From: Nitrososphaerota archaeon
GTDB taxonomy: Archaea; Thermoproteota; Nitrososphaeria; Nitrososphaerales; Nitrosopumilaceae
Direction of reading: 5' to 3'
Length of the DNA: 64,000 nucleotides
Assembly (NCBI GenBank): GCA_028867755.1
Contig: JAGWFT010000002.1
Location: forward strand, 208,018-272,017
Of this stretch, positions 58,218 through 64,000 are shown in pieces. The position numbers and the translations under genes were made by a program. The notes under the pieces were generated by a model. The model made no database searches. It had not been told where the DNA came from and saw nothing but the letters and a program-made list of their open reading frames with translations. Positions within the stretch are counted from its first letter, which is position 1, and every line of letters starts with the position of its first letter.

Positions 58218-58571
58218 TTATCTTTGTCGCCACATCTTCTGCCATGTCTCTGCAAACTTGTTCATCATGTCTCCGTATGTCTGGAGCTGGTCTAGTCCTG
58301 ACTCGCTGATTGATTTTTGCCAGTTCTCGCCAAATTGTTTGAAGGCAGTTGCTCCTGCCTCGGTCATGGCCTTTTGCCAGTTCTCCTGAAACTCTTTTAT
58401 TGTCTTCTGGCTTGACTCGCTGATTGCTTTTGACATGACTTCGTTGTATTTTTCTTGTACCTCGGCACTTGTTTTTTGCAGGGACTCTAAATTCTGCATC
58501 CATTTCTTTAGAAGTTGTGTGTATTCATCCCATATGCTATCCCAATCTTTGGTTTTGCTGTCTCTTGACAT
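58218..58571 (-). CDS. Trp-rich amphipathic helical protein
   Basis: Repeated F.E(N/T)WQK units; all-helical composition. Confidence 0.75.
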   Translation of the reverse strand: MSRDSKTKDWDSIWDEYTQLLKKWMQNLESLQKTSAEVQEKYNEVMSKAISESSQKTIKEFQENWQKAMTEAGATAFKQFGENWQKSISESGLDQLQTYGDMMNKFAETWQKMWRQR

Positions 58572-58666
58572 GTTATCCTATTGTGGTATCATTTGATAAA
58601 TATGATCTTCAAAAAATGTTGTGCGCAGTTGATTTTTCATGTGTAAACCGTAGAAAATGAAATGAC

Positions 58667-58918
58667 TTACTCGCTTATTGCCTGCATGAATTTAACCAGT
58701 CTTTGATTGTTGTCAAATTCATGCAATTCCTTTCTAATTTTATTTACTATTATCCGACGTGTGTCGTTTTGCAGCTCTTTTAGAGCCAAATTAAGAACTC
58801 CTGGTTTCTTATAGCAATCTGCGAATGTAAGGTTGTGCTTTGCCAATGTTTCTGACACTTGAGTATAAGTCAAAATGCCTACCTCCATGAGTGTTTTTTC
58901 TATAATGGATGCAACCAT
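58667..58918 (-). CDS. Small thaumarchaeal 'Nitrosopumilus output domain'-like protein
   Basis: IEKTL.EVG...Y..V...L......DCY.KP..L...LKEL; start reassigned to ATG 58918. Confidence 0.55.
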   Translation of the reverse strand: MVASIIEKTLMEVGILTYTQVSETLAKHNLTFADCYKKPGVLNLALKELQNDTRRIIVNKIRKELHEFDNNQRLVKFMQAISE

Positions 58919-59048
58919 ATCTCCGATTACTTTTTCACTATTCCGTATTTTCCCACAACCCCACCCCAGATATTTTTTTATTGTTAAAAAGAATATCGCT
59001 TGTATAAGAAAAAACTCTTTTTTAATTGGTCTTGGTAATTGTTTTATC

Positions 59049-59768
59049 ATGAAAGACTATAATTTTTCAGGAAAGGTAGTACTTGTTGCTGGTGGGAGTG
59101 GAGGATTGGGAATAGAAGTAGGGCAGGTATTTCTCAAAGCAGGTGCATCTCTTATTTTGACATATCACTCAAGCAGTTCACTGGTATTATTACAAAAGAT
59201 TTGTGGTTCAGCAAAAAATGTATTTTTGCTAAGAGGGGATTTTAAGAAAGAAGAGGACGCAAAGATTCTGGTATCTGAGGCAGTAAAGAAGTTTGGAAGA
59301 ATAGATGTACTTGCAAATGTGATTGGAGGCTATATTGCAGGAAAGCCTGTCACCGAGATTGATGAGAAAGATTGGGATGCGATGATGGACCTCAACCTCA
59401 AATCTGCATTTTTGCTAAGCAAGCATGTTGTTGAGCAGATGATAAAACAGTCTGGTGGTAAAGTGATTCACGTGGCAGCAAGATCTGGGCTCAAGGGTGC
59501 AGGGCGTGATGCTGCATATGTTGCATCAAAGAGTGGTGTTGTACGACTGGTAGAGTCCTTGTCAGAAGAAGTAAAGTCAAAAGGAATCAATGTCAACTGT
59601 ATTTTGCCAAGCATAATTGATACAGAAGAGAACCGGGCGGCAATGCCAAGTGCAGATCATGCAAAATGGGTTACACCAAATGATATCGCAAGAGTGATTC
59701 TCTTTTTGGCTTCAGATGATGCAAAGGCAATAAACGGTGCTGCTATCCCAGTTTATGGATTGGCCTGA
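59049..59768 (+). CDS. Short-chain dehydrogenase/reductase (classical SDR)
   Basis: AGGSGGLG, DVLANVIG, Y..SK (AAYVASKSG), NCILP; ATG at 59049. Confidence 0.93.
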   Translation: MKDYNFSGKVVLVAGGSGGLGIEVGQVFLKAGASLILTYHSSSSLVLLQKICGSAKNVFLLRGDFKKEEDAKILVSEAVKKFGRIDVLANVIGGYIAGKPVTEIDEKDWDAMMDLNLKSAFLLSKHVVEQMIKQSGGKVIHVAARSGLKGAGRDAAYVASKSGVVRLVESLSEEVKSKGINVNCILPSIIDTEENRAAMPSADHAKWVTPNDIARVILFLASDDAKAINGAAIPVYGLA

Positions 59769-60549
59769 CTCGTGCAAATAGCACGATTGCAAATATAGCG
59801 ATTGCAAGAACTATGCCAGCTAGAGGGCCAAACTCTGGCACTACCTGTGTTCCTACGATGCTCACCTGTTCTGTAACTGGGGTAATGGGTATTGTGACAA
59901 CTTCTATTCCCTGTTGATCTGAAATTGTAAAGTTCTTTGTAAACTGGCCATCAAGCTGTACGCCAAAAAATGGCGGAGTGATAAGACCTGTGGGAAGTCT
60001 AAGAACTAGATCGCTATTCTGGTCTGTCTGTCCGACAAGAACTAGATTGAGTGACCTGTCTTTTACACCAATGTCAGCAGATATGATATTTTTCACTGAC
60101 TGGTACTGGACATCAAATGTTGTCTTGCCATCTCCTACGTCTGCACCGACATTATGAATTACTTTGAATCCTATTGGTGCTTCTTGTACTACAATACTTC
60201 CTGTCATCCATGGATAATTCTTATCATAAAAATGAAAAGTACCTACATCGTATTCAGTAAGCGTATAAGAATAATACTGACCAGTGTTTATTGCGTTAGA
60301 ATCAAATTTCCCATCAGGGCCAGAGTCTGGAGTTCCAGAGACCACCTCATGTGATACACTATCTCTATTTCCAAATTGAAGTGTATCTCCAACGTATGCA
60401 CTTGTTGTAGCTGAATAGAAAGTCAGTTGTGAATGTGGATCTGAGGAGCCTGAAGCTATGAGAATTTCAACATTACCAGATGCAAAAGAATGGCCTGCCA
60501 GAGGAATTAGCAAAACTACTGCAGCAAAGATTATGGCTATCTTATACAC
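59743..60549 (-). CDS. Cupredoxin-fold surface protein with a PEFG-CTERM anchor and degenerate Cu site
   Basis: GDTLQF.N.D..SHEVVSG, FDS..I..G, FYDKNYPWMTG; C-terminal VPEFG, TM helix and basic tail. Confidence 0.85.
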   Translation of the reverse strand: MYKIAIIFAAVVLLIPLAGHSFASGNVEILIASGSSDPHSQLTFYSATTSAYVGDTLQFGNRDSVSHEVVSGTPDSGPDGKFDSNAINTGQYYSYTLTEYDVGTFHFYDKNYPWMTGSIVVQEAPIGFKVIHNVGADVGDGKTTFDVQYQSVKNIISADIGVKDRSLNLVLVGQTDQNSDLVLRLPTGLITPPFFGVQLDGQFTKNFTISDQQGIEVVTIPITPVTEQVSIVGTQVVPEFGPLAGIVLAIAIFAIVLFARVRPIHKLG

Positions 60550-60640
60550 GAGAACGACTCTAGAAATGTTAGTTAATAAGTTTGGCTATTTAGAAAAACT
60601 GCTATCGCATAAAATCATGTTTGAACTATACTTCGATATT

Positions 60641-62167
60641 TCAATGAGACCAATTTACCTGTGAAACAGTAACTATATTCTTCCATGGGCCGTCAGGAAC
60701 ATTTGCATAGTTTACAAACTGCCAGCTTACTTGGTCTATTCCTTTTTCAAGTCCCAGATAATCCCATGTGGCAGGCGAGAGGTCAATTCCAGCGTTTTTG
60801 TTTATGGTATTTTGCGGCGTTGCAGAACCAAATACGTATCCTAGATCATCTGATTGAAACGGCCCTGCATCTTCCCACTGTGCATATGCAGTCTTGTCCC
60901 CTTTTGTTATCATTACCCATGTGTTCTTTACCATTGACTCGTTTTCTTGCCAATTCTTTTCATGGTACCAATAGGTCGCATTTACGTCTGGCTTTCTTGT
61001 ACCATTGTCTGCAAAGTCGTCATATGGTAATGCCACATAGAATGGATTTTCATGTGGATGAAATCCTAAAGGCATGAGAGCATCTCGCTTTGTTGGATCA
61101 TCTACACCACCAAAGTCTTGTACCCATTGGCTGTCCCATGCACTAGCTAAATTATTGATGTAATCATTGTCTGCAGATGCTGGCTCACCAACCCAAAAAT
61201 ATGTTGCAGAAATGTTTTTGTGAACAGGATATGAACTGACAAGACTTGTTGTCACAAGTTTCTGGTCCTTTAGAAAGTCTACCAAATTTGTAAATTCTGC
61301 TGATGACACATTTCCCTTAAAGTCCCAATGAGATACAATATCAAGCCATGAAGGATATTTGACATATAACTTTGACTGGTTTGGAATCTCTGACATTGTA
61401 ACTATCTTTATGTTCTCACTTCTTAATTGATCCATTATGGAACTGAGCTCGTCAATTCTAGTCGAGTTTACTGTATTGGTGTAGTTGAATCGATGCTTCA
61501 TTGAAAAATCCTGCGGATGAAGTACAACTACTGCATAGCCATACTGCAAAAGCCCCCTGAGAATTTCCGAATGAACATGTGTTTGATCATAGTTTATCCA
61601 GTCTGTAGCATTCTTGTTTAAATCTCCCAGTGCACCCACATATGGCAATCTGAAGAGGCTGGCATTTTCTAATGGATATGGAGGAGGATCAGATGTTTCA
61701 TTTGCGCTGATGAACTTTAAGTTGTTCTCTCTTGCAGCTTGGAACGTGTCATTATTGATTGAATCATACGGAGTTATGAAGACATCTGGCATTATGCCAG
61801 TTACATTGAGTATCTTTTGATTTGCTTGATGTAAGAGCCACCACTGTCCATTTTCTGTAAATGTTGCAAAATGTTCATGATTCCATCCGTGATTTGCAAT
61901 CTCAAGCAATGGAGAACCATGTACTCTTTGTTTTACTAGATCTACTATCTTGTTGTCTAGTCCAAAATAATTTGCAATTATGCCAATTGTGAGGCTTGCA
62001 TTCTTTTCTTGAAACGTATTGATTATCTTGGTCTGTACATCATCTAGCCAATAATCCTGTATGTCATCTAGTCTAAACGCCACACAATTACAGGATTCTA
62101 TGGCATATGTTGGTGTTACAAAGCCTACCAGTGATAGCAAGAAAATGGCAATCAGTGTCTTTAGCAA
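60641..62167 (-). CDS. Secreted polysaccharide deacetylase (NodB/CE4-like) fused to an uncharacterised C-terminal domain
   Basis: Signal peptide; FRLDD, HGWNH, TPY, VLHP; C-terminal TYFWVGE...WEDAGP...GIDLSPA. Confidence 0.82.
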   Translation of the reverse strand: MLKTLIAIFLLSLVGFVTPTYAIESCNCVAFRLDDIQDYWLDDVQTKIINTFQEKNASLTIGIIANYFGLDNKIVDLVKQRVHGSPLLEIANHGWNHEHFATFTENGQWWLLHQANQKILNVTGIMPDVFITPYDSINNDTFQAARENNLKFISANETSDPPPYPLENASLFRLPYVGALGDLNKNATDWINYDQTHVHSEILRGLLQYGYAVVVLHPQDFSMKHRFNYTNTVNSTRIDELSSIMDQLRSENIKIVTMSEIPNQSKLYVKYPSWLDIVSHWDFKGNVSSAEFTNLVDFLKDQKLVTTSLVSSYPVHKNISATYFWVGEPASADNDYINNLASAWDSQWVQDFGGVDDPTKRDALMPLGFHPHENPFYVALPYDDFADNGTRKPDVNATYWYHEKNWQENESMVKNTWVMITKGDKTAYAQWEDAGPFQSDDLGYVFGSATPQNTINKNAGIDLSPATWDYLGLEKGIDQVSWQFVNYANVPDGPWKNIVTVSQVNWSH

Positions 62168-62220
62168 TTAAAAGATTATCCAGTGCCATACTATTAGATA
62201 ATTGCGACTAGAAGAACTTA

Positions 62221-63525
62221 CTATAACGATGCAGAAAACCTGTCTGATGCTGCAATGAGGTCTTTGATGTCTGCCTTGCTGTGGGCATAAGATATTGCCC
62301 CAAGTTTTCCTGGAAGGAAGAATATTCCATCCCTTGCAATCATCTCAAAGTGATACCTGTGTAACAGTTCTGTATTACATCTAGAGGCATCTTCGGCGTT
62401 TCTAATCTCGGTTATACCATTTGCCAAAAAGTGTGGCGTAAAAAGAGAACCCTTTCCAGTGATTACTGCCTTGCCATCAAAGACCTTGCCAAGTCCCTTT
62501 CTAGCTTGGTCCCCGAGATTTCCTATCTTATTGTACACTGCAGAATTTTTCTTGAGAAACTGCAACATTGCTCTACCCGAAGTCATTGTAATGGGATTTG
62601 CAGAAAATGTACCGCCGCCTATGTATGACCTGTTATGTCTTGCATGCGTGCTTGTATCAGAAATTTTCATCACTTCTTCTTTTCCGCAGATTACACCAAT
62701 TGGAAATCCACCCCCAACAATTTTTCCCAGTGTTACAATGTCTGGGTCTAGCTTCATGGAAGGATACAGGCATCCAAATGAAAATCTAAATCCTGTCACT
62801 ATCTCGTCAAGCAATAACAATGCATTGTTCTTGTGGACAAACTCTTGTATTCCAGACAAGTATTCTTTTGTTGCAGGGATACATCCGCCGCCACCAAGAA
62901 CTGGCTCTATTATTACACCGGCAAGATCGTTTTTTACTGATTGCAATATCTGAATTGACTTTGCAAGATCGTTGTATGGTATCGATATGATGTGCGACTC
63001 ATCTGCAAGCCCCAAGCTCTCTGGTTGCTCAAAGGGCCAGTTGACTGACTTGAGAAGATCTGTTGTATAGCCATGCCAGCCTCCATCAATTTTTGCAATT
63101 ATTTTTTTTCCTGTAATGGCTCTTGCAATCCTTACTGCATACATTGTGGCCTCAGTACCAGTTGACACATAACGAATCTTCTCAGCTACTGGTACTGCGT
63201 TTTGTATGACTTCGGAAAATGATACTGTCATCTCGTTTACAGTTCCATGCATCCAGCATGAAGGCAACTGTTTTTTGACAAGGGTTGCAACAGGTGGTGC
63301 CGCATGTCCTAAAATGAGGCTCCAGTGTCCCATCCAGTAATCTGTATACTTGTTGCCGTCAATGTCTGAAATGGACTTGCCCTTTGCAGACTTTGTAACA
63401 AACGGGTAAGGCTTGAAAAATCGTATGTTGTGGCTTACACCGTTGACATGAAACTTTTTTGACTTTTCAAAAACCTTGGCAGACTTGCTAGTTTTTTTCT
63501 TGTAGATGTCAACTGCAGAAGACAA
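62221..63525 (-). CDS. hemL: Glutamate-1-semialdehyde 2,1-aminomutase (class III aminotransferase)
   Basis: [47 protein letters not shown]. Confidence 0.88.
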   Translation of the reverse strand: MSSAVDIYKKKTSKSAKVFEKSKKFHVNGVSHNIRFFKPYPFVTKSAKGKSISDIDGNKYTDYWMGHWSLILGHAAPPVATLVKKQLPSCWMHGTVNEMTVSFSEVIQNAVPVAEKIRYVSTGTEATMYAVRIARAITGKKIIAKIDGGWHGYTTDLLKSVNWPFEQPESLGLADESHIISIPYNDLAKSIQILQSVKNDLAGVIIEPVLGGGGCIPATKEYLSGIQEFVHKNNALLLLDEIVTGFRFSFGCLYPSMKLDPDIVTLGKIVGGGFPIGVICGKEEVMKISDTSTHARHNRSYIGGGTFSANPITMTSGRAMLQFLKKNSAVYNKIGNLGDQARKGLGKVFDGKAVITGKGSLFTPHFLANGITEIRNAEDASRCNTELLHRYHFEMIARDGIFFLPGKLGAISYAHSKADIKDLIAASDRFSASL

Positions 63526-63789
63526 TGTAAAAACTAGAGCTTGGACGCATATTAGTGATCGGAAAAAATGCAGTTTTCAGGCAGGATTTCTGCATGATTT
63601 ATATTATTTCGCTTTGATCCCCTCTTTGCATACGTAACAGCAAGGCGGCGCTTGTGATGACACTTGGTAGTGTACCATCGCATGATTCACAGGCCTCCAG
63701 TTGCGCATACAAGATGTGGGTATGACCTAACGGTTTTATCTGAAATTTGAAGAAAGTGTGTGAATCCACCAATTCCCAATATAATGTGT

Positions 63790-63833
63790 GAATTAAAGTC
63801 GTACTTCGACAAGGTACTTGAAATAAAGTACCT
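63790..63833 (+). other. Stem-loops in the rRNA operon 5' leader
   Basis: GTCG-TACTT-CGAC (63798-63810) and AGGTACTT...AAGTACCT (63812-63833) directly upstream of the 16S start. Confidence 0.5.
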
Positions 63834-63841
63834 ATTAAACG

Positions 63842-64000
63842 AATCCGGTTGATCCTGCCGGACCTGATTGCTATCGGATTGGTACTAAGCCATGCGAGTA
63901 AGTGTAGCAATACACTGCAGACGGCTCAGTAACACGTGGTCAAGCTAACCTATGGACGTGGATAACCTCGGGAAACTGAGAATAAACCGCGATAGATCAT
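63842..64000 (+). rRNA. rrs: 16S rRNA gene, 5' end (runs off the window)
   Basis: AATCCGGTTGATCCTGCCGGA archaeal 5' end, CTAAGCCATGCGAG, GTGTA-GCAA-TACAC hairpin, GATAACCTCGGGAAACTGAG. Confidence 0.97.

Noticed and set aside
58875-59050. Overlapping extended starts of the divergent 58667(-) and SDR(+) ORFs
   Set aside because: Recognisable sequence begins at 58918(-) and 59049(+); the overlap is intergenic promoter DNA
63599-63910. 103-aa minus-strand ORF
   Set aside because: Antisense to the rRNA leader and 16S gene
1-64000. CRISPR arrays, IS elements, integrases, tRNA genes
   Set aside because: No regularly spaced repeats, transposase or integrase motifs, terminal inverted repeats or cloverleafs were found by eye; tRNAscan-SE, ISEScan and CRISPRCasFinder would be decisive

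Overview
Chromosomal segment of an ammonia-oxidising archaeon (Nitrososphaerota/Thaumarchaeota). The assignment rests on the thaumarchaeal-type 16S 5' end, e-type ribosomal proteins, archaeal-type NirK and PEF(G)-CTERM surface proteins; genus was not determined. From left to right: a truncated secreted alpha/beta-hydrolase; GATase, Toprim, dnaG, ribK, ribL and dph5; a LysW-dependent arginine/lysine cluster with two carrier/ligase pairs; a sulfonate-type ABC transporter operon with an embedded ComA-wHTH fusion; metF and a split metH; rpl39e, rpl31e and a degenerate ftsZ; a tRNA methylthiotransferase, fumarase/aspartase, nirK and serA; surface proteins and rpl15e; Trx-NHL, MscS, truD, a Vgb-like propeller, an M1 aminopeptidase and a CPA1 antiporter; a TPR / SHOCT / true tubulin-family (artubulin-like) / coiled-coil gene run; an accessory stretch of small membrane and secreted proteins; sod, PAC2, SDR, a degenerate cupredoxin, a deacetylase fusion, hemL and the start of the 16S rRNA gene. 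I saw no CRISPR array, transposase, integrase or tRNA. The most notable items are the tubulin gene with its tightly coupled partner, a second LysW ending in EDWGQ instead of EDWGE, and a ComA-wHTH protein with apparently altered catalytic motifs. All family calls come from motif recognition by eye; no searches were run.
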